From assembly GCA_021823685.1 (NCBI GenBank), contig JAKANL010000005.1:5489-69488 (forward strand): 64,000 nucleotides of DNA, in the 5' to 3' direction. Below are positions 45,291 to 54,632 of the stretch, one piece after another. This stretch comes from a bacterium (GTDB taxonomy: Bacteria; Babelota; Babeliae; Babelales; UBA12409). Position numbers and translations under genes: made by a program. Positions within the stretch are counted from its first letter, which is position 1; each line of letters starts with the position of its first letter. The notes under the pieces are model-generated. The model made no database searches. It had not been told where the DNA came from and saw only the letters and a list, made by a program, of their open reading frames with translations.

Positions 45291-45977
45291 TTAAGAAGGC
45301 TCAACCGTTAACCCAGCAACGGCACACATACCATCAAGTACGGCATCACCGGGCATGGCAGCTTGGCACCACGTATCAATTAAGACCGGATTATCCAATA
45401 ATAACTGTTTTAAACATACCGGGCACAACCCTTTCCCAACGCGCTTGCCCGTTTGATAATCGGTTGCCTTAATTCCAAGACGCCAAGAACTGTACCCCAG
45501 GGCCGTTGCAGCGCACAGACGGGAGAATGCGCCACTCCGCCGAGCGAAGAAATTAAACATGCCTGAAGCGCCAAATTTGACCGCATAAATTGCACAAAAC
45601 GCGGCCGCCGGCAGATATAAATAGCGTTTTTCTTGTTCATCCTGCACCGTCTTTGCCAGCACGCTTGCATCATGCAAGCACTGCCCATGATGGGTCGCCT
45701 TGAAATATGGCAAAAGCCCTATTCTGGGAAAGCGCGGCACGGGCGAAACTTTTTGTTCTTGTGGTATGGGTTCTGGCTTGGCCGACTCACGGGCCACGGG
45801 CGCAACAGGTGCCGCTGGAGCTGGGGGCGTCACTTCTTTTTCAGAAACTGGCGGGACTTGTTGAACAACAGGAGCCTGAATAACCACGGATTGAGCAGTG
45901 GCCGGCTCCATCGCCAAACACCGGCATGTACCACTAATACCCAAAATGAACATCGTTATATGTGCACGCGTTGCCAT
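45291..45977 (-). CDS. Small secreted protein, array member 3 (Pro-rich linker)
   Basis: 228 aa. Signal peptide ...FILGISGTCRCLA|MEP, a Pro/Val/Ala-rich spacer, hydrophobic segments, and a C-terminal GLCPVCLKQLLLDNPVL. Confidence 0.6.
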   Translation of the reverse strand: MATRAHITMFILGISGTCRCLAMEPATAQSVVIQAPVVQQVPPVSEKEVTPPAPAAPVAPVARESAKPEPIPQEQKVSPVPRFPRIGLLPYFKATHHGQCLHDASVLAKTVQDEQEKRYLYLPAAAFCAIYAVKFGASGMFNFFARRSGAFSRLCAATALGYSSWRLGIKATDYQTGKRVGKGLCPVCLKQLLLDNPVLIDTWCQAAMPGDAVLDGMCAVAGLTVEPS

Positions 45978-46070
45978 ACTTTTCCTCGTATTTTTAAAGA
46001 TAAAATCTGGGTATCATTATGGACAAAGAACGAAAAAAATCAATCGATTTCAGCGTATATCACGTTACAA

Positions 46071-46340
46071 TCAGCCACTTATTTGCGCATCCAAAAACAA
46101 TTTTGTCCAATCAATACGCCATAACGGTCTAACCGACTTCATATCTGGCAAACACAAAGCGCACAACCACGGCACCGTCGTACGTCGCGGATCCGGCTTA
46201 TGTGCACGTTGCAAAACCGCACTCGTCATAACCGGACCAAGCGAATCAAAACTAGGTGAACGTTCAATCCGCCGCTTCTGCCCGCCGGCATTCAAGCTCA
46301 TAACCGTGGCGGCAATCAACACAAACATTATTTTTTTCAT
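46071..46340 (-). CDS. Small secreted protein, array member 4
   Basis: ATG at 46340 with a GAGGGG RBS. Signal peptide MKKIMFVLIAATVMSLNA|GG, and the motif WLCALCLPDM. Confidence 0.45.
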   Translation of the reverse strand: MKKIMFVLIAATVMSLNAGGQKRRIERSPSFDSLGPVMTSAVLQRAHKPDPRRTTVPWLCALCLPDMKSVRPLWRIDWTKLFLDAQISG

Positions 46341-46357
46341 AAATCCCCTCAACTTAA

Positions 46358-46864
46358 TTAAATATCTGCAAGTCCCTCACGCATGCCACGCAGCAATTCT
46401 GGATGCAAGCACGCGCAGGCTTCCTGGTTTACCACAATGTGTTTGGCGATGTGTGGCATCGCACGCGATACAAACGCTCCGCGGCTGTAAAGACTATGCC
46501 AAGCTGCCGTCATGAAAAAAGCGGTAAGTGCAGATATGAGCACGGCGCTATCCAGGTAGATCGGCCAATAGTTCGCCTTGGAAAATATATCGCTCTGAAC
46601 GTCTTGTATTTTTCTCAAGTCACACGCAACGGCGTATCCGGCTTTTGCTGCCGCTGCAGCAAAAAACAATTTGTAGAAAAATTTTGGTCCGAAATAACCC
46701 GTTTTTGCCTGACAAAAAGTATTGAGCTGCTGCGCAAAACCGACTATTGGTACCGATCGATTTTTATCAGAATTCACCGCACTCGATTTTGGCTCCATGG
46801 CACCAAGCCCGCCCCCACCAATGGTACTTGCTAAACAAAACACCGCAAATACTACGCTCTTCAT
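46358..46864 (-). CDS. Small secreted protein, array member 5 (clear paralog of member 6)
   Basis: 168 aa. Signal peptide ...ASTIGGGGLGA|MEP. FAQQLNTFCQAK and NQEACACLHPELLRGMREGLA align with LAEQLNAFCHRQ and DENACKSLDQDLLRGLREGFA of the next gene. Confidence 0.65.
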   Translation of the reverse strand: MKSVVFAVFCLASTIGGGGLGAMEPKSSAVNSDKNRSVPIVGFAQQLNTFCQAKTGYFGPKFFYKLFFAAAAAKAGYAVACDLRKIQDVQSDIFSKANYWPIYLDSAVLISALTAFFMTAAWHSLYSRGAFVSRAMPHIAKHIVVNQEACACLHPELLRGMREGLADI

Positions 46865-46877
46865 GAACTACTCCCCA

Positions 46878-47414
46878 TCACTTTGTTCTATCGCTTCCTG
46901 TACAAGCAAAGCCCTCACGCAACCCGCGCAATAAATCTTGATCTAACGATTTGCAGGCATTTTCGTCGGCAAGAATACGCACAACCATATCCGGCTCCTC
47001 GTGGGCAAAAAAACGCCCCAGCCTAGCGCGCTGTACCCCAGATGTCGCCAGCGCAAAACCAACCAAAGATGCCAGTATTAACGTGCCATCTATACCAATG
47101 GTCCAGTTACTCCTATCGTCTTTTTTTACTTCCTGCACAATATCACAGCCAAGTTTAACCATAAGCGCCGCCATGAATGTCTGGAAAAAACTGCCGGTTG
47201 AAACAGCAGAAACCTGCCTGTGGCAAAAAGCATTCAATTGTTCGGCCAACTCTACGGCCGTAGGCGCCGGTTTTTCTTGTTTTACGGTCTCTTTTGGCGC
47301 ATCGCCCTGTGGCACCTTAATTTGTACCGTTGACCCCAATTCTACGCGCATCATCGCATCAAGGCGACTGCCACCGCTTCCCAAAAGAAGCGCTACCCAT
47401 ACCAATTTCTTCAT
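46878..47414 (-). CDS. Small secreted protein, array member 6
   Basis: The ATG at 47414 gives MKKLVWVALLLGSGGSRLDA|MM. It is a paralog of 46358..46864. The longer track ORF (to 47573) adds an implausible N-terminus. Confidence 0.6.
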   Translation of the reverse strand: MKKLVWVALLLGSGGSRLDAMMRVELGSTVQIKVPQGDAPKETVKQEKPAPTAVELAEQLNAFCHRQVSAVSTGSFFQTFMAALMVKLGCDIVQEVKKDDRSNWTIGIDGTLILASLVGFALATSGVQRARLGRFFAHEEPDMVVRILADENACKSLDQDLLRGLREGFACTGSDRTK

Positions 47415-47566
47415 AAAGCACTCCCAACTAAAATTATTTGTATTATGGAAACAATAACGACAAAAAGCAAGCGCCCAAAGCCATTTTTTGGATAAAAAAC
47501 GCAATTCTTGCATTTTCATGAGCCAATCAAATAAAATTAACAATAGAAATAAAAAGGGGTTGCGCA

Positions 47567-48394
47567 ATGACACCTGTATTTAAGAAATATATAAGCTTTT
47601 TAGGCATTCTGACATGCATGGTGTGGCATACCAATCAAGCAATTATTGTTTTTACTTATAAACAACCAGAAACCGTAACCATCAATAAAGTAGATTTATC
47701 CCTGACCGCCGATAAAGTTGATGATTTCTTGGTTACCGACCTTGATTATTTTTCAACCAGTGGCCCCTTCGGAACAAAAACCCATGCTGAAAAATCCAAA
47801 AAGGGCGAAACAGAAAAAGAACCGCAAAAAATCGTAGAGCCACCCTGCACTGATTGGTATTGTACACCATACGCAAGAGAATCGTTCACTAAGCTTGAAA
47901 AACCTAAACCAGTCAAAAAAGACATATCAATCGACAACGAATTCGAGTACGGAAAATTATTTAATCAAACAGTTTCTGCACCAACCAACTACAAGTTCTT
48001 TGAAAAAGACTCATTTAACCTGCTTTCGCGCGCTAGCTTTGAGCTCACTTACCGACCATCAGATTTCTACACGACAACCGACTTGTTTAAAACCGACCCA
48101 CAACTCAATTCTATTATCGATTACTACGTCAATGGGCAAAAGATGGAACCGGGAGAAACGCTTTTTGCTTACCAGCAAACCGCTTACTTGGAAGTCGTGC
48201 GTAAAGATGAAGTCTCTTTTGGTGGTAGTTACTCTCAAACACCTTCTGTCTATCAGATTACCTGCCCGGCTGGTCGCCGCGTTGAATTTGACGTCTCTGA
48301 AATTGAAGGCCTGCCAACCTACCACATCACCACACGAACAAAAGGCTGCAATATCACCCTTACTGGATATGTTGGTGCCGCGTTTGCTGGATAA
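47567..48394 (+). CDS. Hypothetical secreted protein
   Basis: 275 aa with an AAAAGGGG RBS and an N-terminal hydrophobic segment ISFLGILTCMVW. I recognise no family. It is transcribed divergently from the array. Confidence 0.55.
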   Translation: MTPVFKKYISFLGILTCMVWHTNQAIIVFTYKQPETVTINKVDLSLTADKVDDFLVTDLDYFSTSGPFGTKTHAEKSKKGETEKEPQKIVEPPCTDWYCTPYARESFTKLEKPKPVKKDISIDNEFEYGKLFNQTVSAPTNYKFFEKDSFNLLSRASFELTYRPSDFYTTTDLFKTDPQLNSIIDYYVNGQKMEPGETLFAYQQTAYLEVVRKDEVSFGGSYSQTPSVYQITCPAGRRVEFDVSEIEGLPTYHITTRTKGCNITLTGYVGAAFAG

Positions 48395-48550
48395 ATGCGA
48401 ACGAACAAAATTTGACGATCAGTCAAAAAAACGCTACTATTAAAGCGATTATCGTGTATGTGTAACCTTGTAACCTCTTAGCTTTCTACAGCCGTTAAGA
48501 GCTTGTGCTTATTTTCAATAAGCACCGATCGGTTCAGGAGTTTTTTCTTT

Positions 48551-50335
48551 ATGCCTAAAAAAGTGCTTAAGCCAAGTCAATTTGGCAAAGCGTACGTACC
48601 ATTCGAAACGGACGTTGTACTCAGCGGTGAACAGTCGCAGGAACTCAACCAGTTATATGAAGCTGCCAGCGTTCATATCAGAGCAGGCAAACTGATTAAT
48701 GGCAAAGTTCTCGCCGTTGACCAAGGCGGCGTTCTTGTTGATATCGATTATAAATCAAACGGTTTGATCCCGGCCTATGAATTTGGAGAACATGAATTAC
48801 GCGCACTTAAACCGGGCGCCATCATTGATGTTATTATTTCTGAAATTGAAAATGCCGAAGGAACCGTAAGCCTTTCTTACGAACGCGCCAAGGCGCTTAA
48901 AGCGTGGGAAAAGATTACCAAACTTCACGAAGAGGGCAAACCGGTTGAAGGTATTGTTACCCAAACAGTTAAAGGCGGCTTGAGCGTTGATATCGGTGTC
49001 CCTGCATTCTTGCCAGGATCGCAGGTTGATATCCAACGCGTGGTCGACTTCGACCAATATATCGGTAAATCTATTATCGCTGAAATTATTAAAATTAATA
49101 AAAAACGCGGCAACGTAATTATTTCCCGCCGCAAGTATTTGTCTGAGGAACGCGCATCGGCTCGTAAAAAGGCCATGGAAACCTTACAAGAAGGCCAAGT
49201 TCTTCAGGGCGTCGTCAAAAACATCACCAATTACGGGGTGTTTATTGATATCGGCGGCGTCGATGGATTACTGCATATCACCGATATGACCTGGGGCCGC
49301 ATTGCTCACCCAAGTGAAGTTGTCAGAATCGGCGAAACCGTTACGGTTAAGGTTTTATCAATCGATAAAGATAACGGCAAAATTTCGTTGGGCATGAAGC
49401 AGCTCACCGACAATCCTTGGAGCACCCTCGATCCTAAAATCCAAATCGGCTCAAAAATCAAGGGACGTATTGCCAGCATTACGGATTACGGACTTTTCGT
49501 TGAAGTCAAAGAAGGCGTGGAAGGGCTTGTTCACATTTCTGAAATTTCGTGGACCAGCCGCGTTGATAACCTCAACGCTCTATACAAAGTCGGCGACATG
49601 ATCGATGTGTACGTGGTATCCCTCGATAAAGACAATCGCCGCATGTCATTGAGCGTTAAACAGCTGCAAGATGATCCATGGAAATCAGTTAATGAAAAAT
49701 TCAAGGTCGGCCAAGTAATTAAAGGCGCTATCTCCAACGTTACCGATTTCGGTATTTTTATCCAGCTGATTCCGGGCGTTGATGGCTTAGCACACGTTTC
49801 AGACTTGTCATGGACTGAACATATTGATCATCCATCACATCTGTATAAACGCGGGCAAGACGTAGAAGCCGTTATTTTAAATATCGACGAAGCCAATAAA
49901 AAAGTTTCATTGGGTATCAAACAATTAACGCCAGATCCACTCGAAGCATTTGCCAAAGAACATGCAATTGGGTCGCTGGTTGAAGGCGAAATCACCAAGT
50001 TCACCAACATTGGCGCTTTTGTCAAAATTGCCGACGGCATTGAAGGATTAATCCACAACAGTGAATTAGCAATAAAGAACGGCAAAAAAGAAACCAAGAC
50101 TGGCGAACCGCTTGAAATTGGCATGAAACGGCAGCTTCGTTTGATCAATATTAACTTGGAAGAACGCAAAGTCGATCTTTCAATCCATCTTGATGAACAA
50201 GCCGAACGTATTGCCAAAGAGCCTAAGATCCGCGCCAAGAAAAAAGAATCTGCGGCTCCTATGCCTAAGGCCAAGAACCAATTACAATTGGCTCTTGAAC
50301 GGCTTGAATCACGCGAAGATATTGAAGAACAATAA
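48551..50335 (+). CDS. rpsA: 30S ribosomal protein S1 (six S1 domains)
   Basis: It has repeated S1 OB-fold units (GKVLAVDQGGVLVDI, GIVTQTVKGGLSVDI, GVVKNITNYGVFIDIGGVDGLLHITDM, and others). ATG at 48551 is preceded by CAGGAG. Confidence 0.95.
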   Translation: MPKKVLKPSQFGKAYVPFETDVVLSGEQSQELNQLYEAASVHIRAGKLINGKVLAVDQGGVLVDIDYKSNGLIPAYEFGEHELRALKPGAIIDVIISEIENAEGTVSLSYERAKALKAWEKITKLHEEGKPVEGIVTQTVKGGLSVDIGVPAFLPGSQVDIQRVVDFDQYIGKSIIAEIIKINKKRGNVIISRRKYLSEERASARKKAMETLQEGQVLQGVVKNITNYGVFIDIGGVDGLLHITDMTWGRIAHPSEVVRIGETVTVKVLSIDKDNGKISLGMKQLTDNPWSTLDPKIQIGSKIKGRIASITDYGLFVEVKEGVEGLVHISEISWTSRVDNLNALYKVGDMIDVYVVSLDKDNRRMSLSVKQLQDDPWKSVNEKFKVGQVIKGAISNVTDFGIFIQLIPGVDGLAHVSDLSWTEHIDHPSHLYKRGQDVEAVILNIDEANKKVSLGIKQLTPDPLEAFAKEHAIGSLVEGEITKFTNIGAFVKIADGIEGLIHNSELAIKNGKKETKTGEPLEIGMKRQLRLININLEERKVDLSIHLDEQAERIAKEPKIRAKKKESAAPMPKAKNQLQLALERLESREDIEEQ

Positions 50336-50358
50336 TCAATCATCACTGAAAGTTAGTT

Positions 50359-50901
50359 ATGGCAAATAAAATGGAACACACACTCGGCATTATAAAGCCG
50401 GACGCGGTAGCTCAGGGACATACCGGCGATATCATTAGCATGCTCGAAAAACAAGGCTTCACCATAGACCGCATGGAAAAGGGGCTTATTGGCAAAGAAT
50501 ATGCCGCAATGTTTTACGATGTGCATAAAGATAAGCCATTTTTCAATGAGCTTGTCGATCACATTTCATCCGGCCCTATCGTAGTTATGGCGTTACGCAA
50601 AGAAAATGCCATTGCCGATTGGCGTAAACTTATGGGAAGCACCAATCCAGCAGGCGCCGAAGAGGGCACTATTCGCAAGAAATTTGGTACCAACATCGGC
50701 AAAAATGCCGTCCATGGTTCCGATTCTCCTGAAACGGCTGCGCGCGAACTGATGATTTTCTTTGGCGGTGAACAACACAAAGAATCCAAAGACGATTCTT
50801 GCGCATGCGGCTGCACCCAGGAGGGTGATGAGTGCCCAGAAGGCAAGGGTTGCGAAGATTGCCCATGCTGCCACGATTGTTCCGGTTGCCATAGGAAATA
50901 A
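50359..50901 (+). CDS. ndk: Nucleoside diphosphate kinase with a C-terminal Cys-rich extension
   Basis: The core is EHTLGIIKPDAV...GPIVVMAL...NAVHGSD (active-site His). Residues from about 139 to 180 form an extra tail, HKESKDDSCACGCTQEGDECPEGKGCEDCPCCHDCSGCHRK. Confidence 0.9.
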   Translation: MANKMEHTLGIIKPDAVAQGHTGDIISMLEKQGFTIDRMEKGLIGKEYAAMFYDVHKDKPFFNELVDHISSGPIVVMALRKENAIADWRKLMGSTNPAGAEEGTIRKKFGTNIGKNAVHGSDSPETAARELMIFFGGEQHKESKDDSCACGCTQEGDECPEGKGCEDCPCCHDCSGCHRK

Positions 50902-50917
50902 CTACTTTTATTAAAGC

Positions 50918-50959
50918 AAAAGTCCCCGTCATTTCGATCATGAAATGACGGGGACTTTT
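50918..50959. terminator. Bidirectional intrinsic terminator
   Basis: AAAAGTCCCCGTCATTTC-GATCAT-GAAATGACGGGGACTTTT lies between convergent ndk and nusB. Confidence 0.8.
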
Positions 50960-50981
50960 AGTTTTCTTACGCTATTATTTT

Positions 50982-51473
50982 TTAAGATTCTAAGGGCTCT
51001 GACGATTTCGATTTTAGTTCATCGCGTTTAGTGGCAACCTGATCGAGTACACCATTAATAAATTTGTAGGCATCTTTTTCAGCAAAATCTTTGGCCAATT
51101 CAATAGCCTCATTGATCACAATATTTGACGGGGTATCGGTGAAGAGCAATTCCCAAACGCCGATGCGCAAAATAAGCCGCGTACAAATACCCAGGCGGCT
51201 TAAGCGCCAGTTTTCAAGCACTGATTGGATGCTCGCATCTAAATATTCGCGCTTATCAATAATTTCTTGGGTCACGTGTGCGATATGCCCATCGGCAGGA
51301 ACTTTTTGGTCGTAGCCACGATTAAGATTTTCAATAGCAGTCGATAATGGCTGATCGTATTCGTAGCCCTCAATAATATAAAGCAAATGAAAAATCAGAG
51401 AGCGCATCTGGGTGCGCGTATAGCCACCTTCAACAATTTCTGATAATCCGAGCGTTTCGTTTTCACCGGCCAT
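50982..51473 (-). CDS. nusB: Transcription antitermination factor NusB
   Basis: 163 aa. RTQMRSLIFHLLY..., RLSRLGICTRLILRIGVWELLF..TP..IVINEAIELAK.F and KFINGVLD are NusB hallmarks. Confidence 0.85.
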   Translation of the reverse strand: MAGENETLGLSEIVEGGYTRTQMRSLIFHLLYIIEGYEYDQPLSTAIENLNRGYDQKVPADGHIAHVTQEIIDKREYLDASIQSVLENWRLSRLGICTRLILRIGVWELLFTDTPSNIVINEAIELAKDFAEKDAYKFINGVLDQVATKRDELKSKSSEPLES

Positions 51474-51498
51474 AAAAACCTCCCCCTAACATACCCAT

Positions 51499-52065
51499 CT
51501 ATTTTTTCACGCGTTCAACGTACTTGCCGTCGCGCGTATCGATTTTAATCACATCTTCTTCGTTAACAAAGAGCGGAACCTGTAGAATCATCCCTGACTC
51601 AAGTGTTGCCGGCTTAGTCGCTGCCCCTTGAGCAGTGTCGCCTCGCACCCCTGGTGGAGCTTCGACTACTTTAAGCTCCATGAAAATCGGCGGCGTAACT
51701 TCAATAGGCCGATCGTTAAAATATAAGATTGAATAAGCCGAACTTTCTTTTAAGTATGGCAACACATCTTCAAGATATTTTTTGGATATAACGATTTGAT
51801 CGTAAGTCTCTTGATCCATGAAGTGATAATCATCGCCTTCATGATAGAGATATTGCATGTCTTTGTGCTGTAAATCGGGAACTTCAAACTTTTCTTCAGT
51901 ACGGAACGTTTCCTCATACGTAGAACCCGTGATCATGTTACGCATTTTGGTGCGCATAAAGGCGCCACCTTTTCCTGGTTTTACGTGTTGATAGCCCACC
52001 ACGATGTGTGGCTCGTTTTTATAGAGAAACTTTGAACCTTTACGAAAATCGCCAGCACTTATCAA
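51499..52065 (-). CDS. efp: Elongation factor P
   Basis: HVKPGKGGAFMRTKMRN carries the conserved modified-Lys loop. I prefer the TTG start at 52065 (AAGGAAG RBS 4 nt upstream), giving (M)ISAGDFRKG and 188 aa. The track ORF start (ATG 52161) adds a hydrophobic 32-aa extension and lies upstream of a near-consensus promoter. Confidence 0.9.
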   Translation of the reverse strand: MISAGDFRKGSKFLYKNEPHIVVGYQHVKPGKGGAFMRTKMRNMITGSTYEETFRTEEKFEVPDLQHKDMQYLYHEGDDYHFMDQETYDQIVISKKYLEDVLPYLKESSAYSILYFNDRPIEVTPPIFMELKVVEAPPGVRGDTAQGAATKPATLESGMILQVPLFVNEEDVIKIDTRDGKYVERVKK

Positions 52066-52123
52066 GAAACTTCCTTTACTTGCAGACACCAAACCGCTTG
52101 CCCAAACCCCCAGCACTATTTTA

Positions 52124-52152
52124 AGTATAAAAAATAGTGCCAAAAGCGTCAA
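52124..52152 (-). promoter_or_regulatory. Putative sigma70 promoter of efp-nusB
   Basis: The minus strand reads TTGACG-17 nt-TATACT, located between the ATG at 52161 and the TTG at 52065. Confidence 0.5.
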
Positions 52153-52205
52153 ATTGGGCATCCAACACGGCTATTTTTTGGTATACTAAATATTAGGTAA
52201 ACGAT

Positions 52206-53360
52206 ATGTATGATAAAGAGCTTTACTCCCTGATATCGCAAGAAAATGACCGACAAAAGCGGGCGATTAATTTGATCGCCTCAGAAAATATCGCTCCATA
52301 CGAAGTGCGCCGCGCGCTCAGTTCAGTTTTAACGAATAAATACGCTGAAGGGTACCCGGGAAAACGGTACTACGCCGGGTGCGAAGTAATCGATCGCATT
52401 GAGCAAGTGGCCATCGATCGGGCAAAACAACTTTTTGGTGCCGAACATGCCAATGTCCAGCCGCACTCAGGAACACAAGCCAATATGGCTGTATACCAGG
52501 CAATGCTCAAGCCTGGCGATACTATTTTGGCCATGCATATGCTGAGCGGCGGGCACCTTTCTCACGGCTCTCCGGCCAATTTTTCAGGCAATCTCTATCG
52601 CTTTATATTTTACGGCGTTGACCAGGCAACCGAACGGCTTGATTATGAAGCGATTGAAAAGCTTGCACTCGAACATCGCCCAAAGCTTATCGTCGCCGGC
52701 GCTTCAGCGTATTCACGCGCCATAGATTTTGAACGTTTTGCGCATATCGCCCAAAAAGTTAGCGCCTATCTGATGGCAGATATGGCCCACATCGTCGGAT
52801 TAGTAGCCGTAGGATTGCACCAAAACCCCACCCCCTACGCTGATTTTGTGACGAGTAGCACGCAAAAAACGTTGCGCGGCCCACGTGGTGGGTTTATTTT
52901 ATGCAAAAAACAGCATGCTTGCGCTATCGATAAAGCTGTCATGCCCGGCATTCAGGGCGGCCCATGCATGAACGTTATCGCGGCAAAAGCCATCGCTTTT
53001 GAACTGGCCAAATCGCCAGCTTTTAAAAAATATCAAGAGCGCGTTATCGCCAATGCCCAGGCGATGGCTGACGAACTATCCAAGCGCGGCTATCGTATCG
53101 TCAGTGGGGGGACGGATAATCACCTCTTTCTCGTTGATCTACGCCCACAGGGGCTGACCGGCAAACAAGCCGAAGAAATTTTGCAAAAAGCCGGTATTTT
53201 AGTTAACCGCAACGCAATCCCCGGCGATCAGTTATCGCCGCTCGTCGCCAGCGGCATCAGGATTGGCACGCCAGCTGTGACTTCACGCGGCATGACCGAG
53301 AAACAAGCGCGCCGCATCGCCAGACGCATTGCTCAAATATTGACGAACGCCCGTGTTTAA
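52206..53360 (+). CDS. glyA: Serine hydroxymethyltransferase (short C-terminus, atypical PLP-lysine motif)
   Basis: [35 protein letters not shown] and GGHLSHG are present. The PLP site reads [14 protein letters not shown] instead of the usual TTTTHKTL. The protein is 384 aa. Confidence 0.9.
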   Translation: MYDKELYSLISQENDRQKRAINLIASENIAPYEVRRALSSVLTNKYAEGYPGKRYYAGCEVIDRIEQVAIDRAKQLFGAEHANVQPHSGTQANMAVYQAMLKPGDTILAMHMLSGGHLSHGSPANFSGNLYRFIFYGVDQATERLDYEAIEKLALEHRPKLIVAGASAYSRAIDFERFAHIAQKVSAYLMADMAHIVGLVAVGLHQNPTPYADFVTSSTQKTLRGPRGGFILCKKQHACAIDKAVMPGIQGGPCMNVIAAKAIAFELAKSPAFKKYQERVIANAQAMADELSKRGYRIVSGGTDNHLFLVDLRPQGLTGKQAEEILQKAGILVNRNAIPGDQLSPLVASGIRIGTPAVTSRGMTEKQARRIARRIAQILTNARV

Positions 53361-54630
53361 AACGCATTACCCCATTATCAAAAACATAGTCATGTATTCC
53401 ATCGGCGCCGTTGTTTTGCGCAGCATGACTGCTGTCACGGCCCTTTTGGTACTTCATGTGCTCACACCGGCAGAATTTGGTTTGTTAGCGCTCGTCAACA
53501 CGGCGTTGCGCATTGTTCCCGTTTTTTTGGGGCTTGGGCTGCGCCAGGCATTCTGGCTTGAGTATTTCCACAAAACTCCTCACGAACGCAAACACGTGCT
53601 CAATACGATCATGGTTATTTATCTATGCGTTGCCATTCCGCTTCTTGCGCTGGGATTTTTACACGCGGACACGATTAGTCACTATCTCTTTATCAATCAA
53701 GCAAATCGCACTATTATTGCGCTTGCGCTCGGTTATTGTTTTTTACAATTTTTTTCAGAACTTTTTTTGCAAGTTTTACGCTACCAAATGCGCGCGCTGT
53801 TCCTGGCAAGCATACAGCTGGGTGCAGCAGCGGTGACCATTATCGCTAATCTACTTTTTGTTTTTTATTTTAACTGGGGCGTTACCGGCGTTATTGGCGC
53901 CAACACGCTGGGTATTTTTAGCATCGTCGTCATCGCAGCAACCAAATACTTCATCAATGGCGCTCATCGTTTGATCAAGCTGCAAGACATGCCTACAAAC
54001 GCCAAAAGGCTTCTTATTTTGGGATTTCCGTTTATTCCCAATATTGCCCTTTCCTGGCTTCTTTCGGCCGGCAACCGCTGGATACTGGCATATTTTACCT
54101 CGATGGAGCTGGTGGGTATTTACGCACTTGCCGATATGGCTGGACAAATATTTGTTATGTGTGCGTTAGAACCAGTAGCCAACGCCTATGTCCCTTACAT
54201 GCTCGAGCAATACGCGGCACACAAAGAGCCCATAAACACCATTGAACACAGAAATACGCGCACCATGTGGTGGGCCATGGTTGGGGCGGGAGTACTGATC
54301 ACCCTAGGAACATGCATGGCATTTATGATTGGTCCATATATCTTGCCTGCAGCCTACCAACAGGCGCTGCGCTACGTCTGGTTTATTTTGTTCGCCAACA
54401 TTTTCCTGTTGGGAACGTATTTCAGTTCGTGTTCGCTCGTTTTTGCTAAAAAATCGTGGACTATTTTATGGCTTAATGCCGTCGCCGCCGGAACTAATAT
54501 TGGACTCAATATTTTACTCGTGCCCATTTTTGGTATCAGTGGCTGCGTAGCCGCACTTATCGGATCATACGGACTCTTTTTCTACCTCAATCGGCAAGCA
54601 ACTAAAAAACTGGTCACGAGCGCCGGATAA
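53353..54630 (+). CDS. Polysaccharide flippase (Wzx / MOP superfamily)
   Basis: 425 aa with about 12 TM helices. The N-terminus [36 protein letters not shown] is typical of oligosaccharide flippases. The GTG start overlaps the glyA stop by 8 nt. Confidence 0.75.
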   Translation: MFKTHYPIIKNIVMYSIGAVVLRSMTAVTALLVLHVLTPAEFGLLALVNTALRIVPVFLGLGLRQAFWLEYFHKTPHERKHVLNTIMVIYLCVAIPLLALGFLHADTISHYLFINQANRTIIALALGYCFLQFFSELFLQVLRYQMRALFLASIQLGAAAVTIIANLLFVFYFNWGVTGVIGANTLGIFSIVVIAATKYFINGAHRLIKLQDMPTNAKRLLILGFPFIPNIALSWLLSAGNRWILAYFTSMELVGIYALADMAGQIFVMCALEPVANAYVPYMLEQYAAHKEPINTIEHRNTRTMWWAMVGAGVLITLGTCMAFMIGPYILPAAYQQALRYVWFILFANIFLLGTYFSSCSLVFAKKSWTILWLNAVAAGTNIGLNILLVPIFGISGCVAALIGSYGLFFYLNRQATKKLVTSAG

Positions 54631-54632
54631 AA

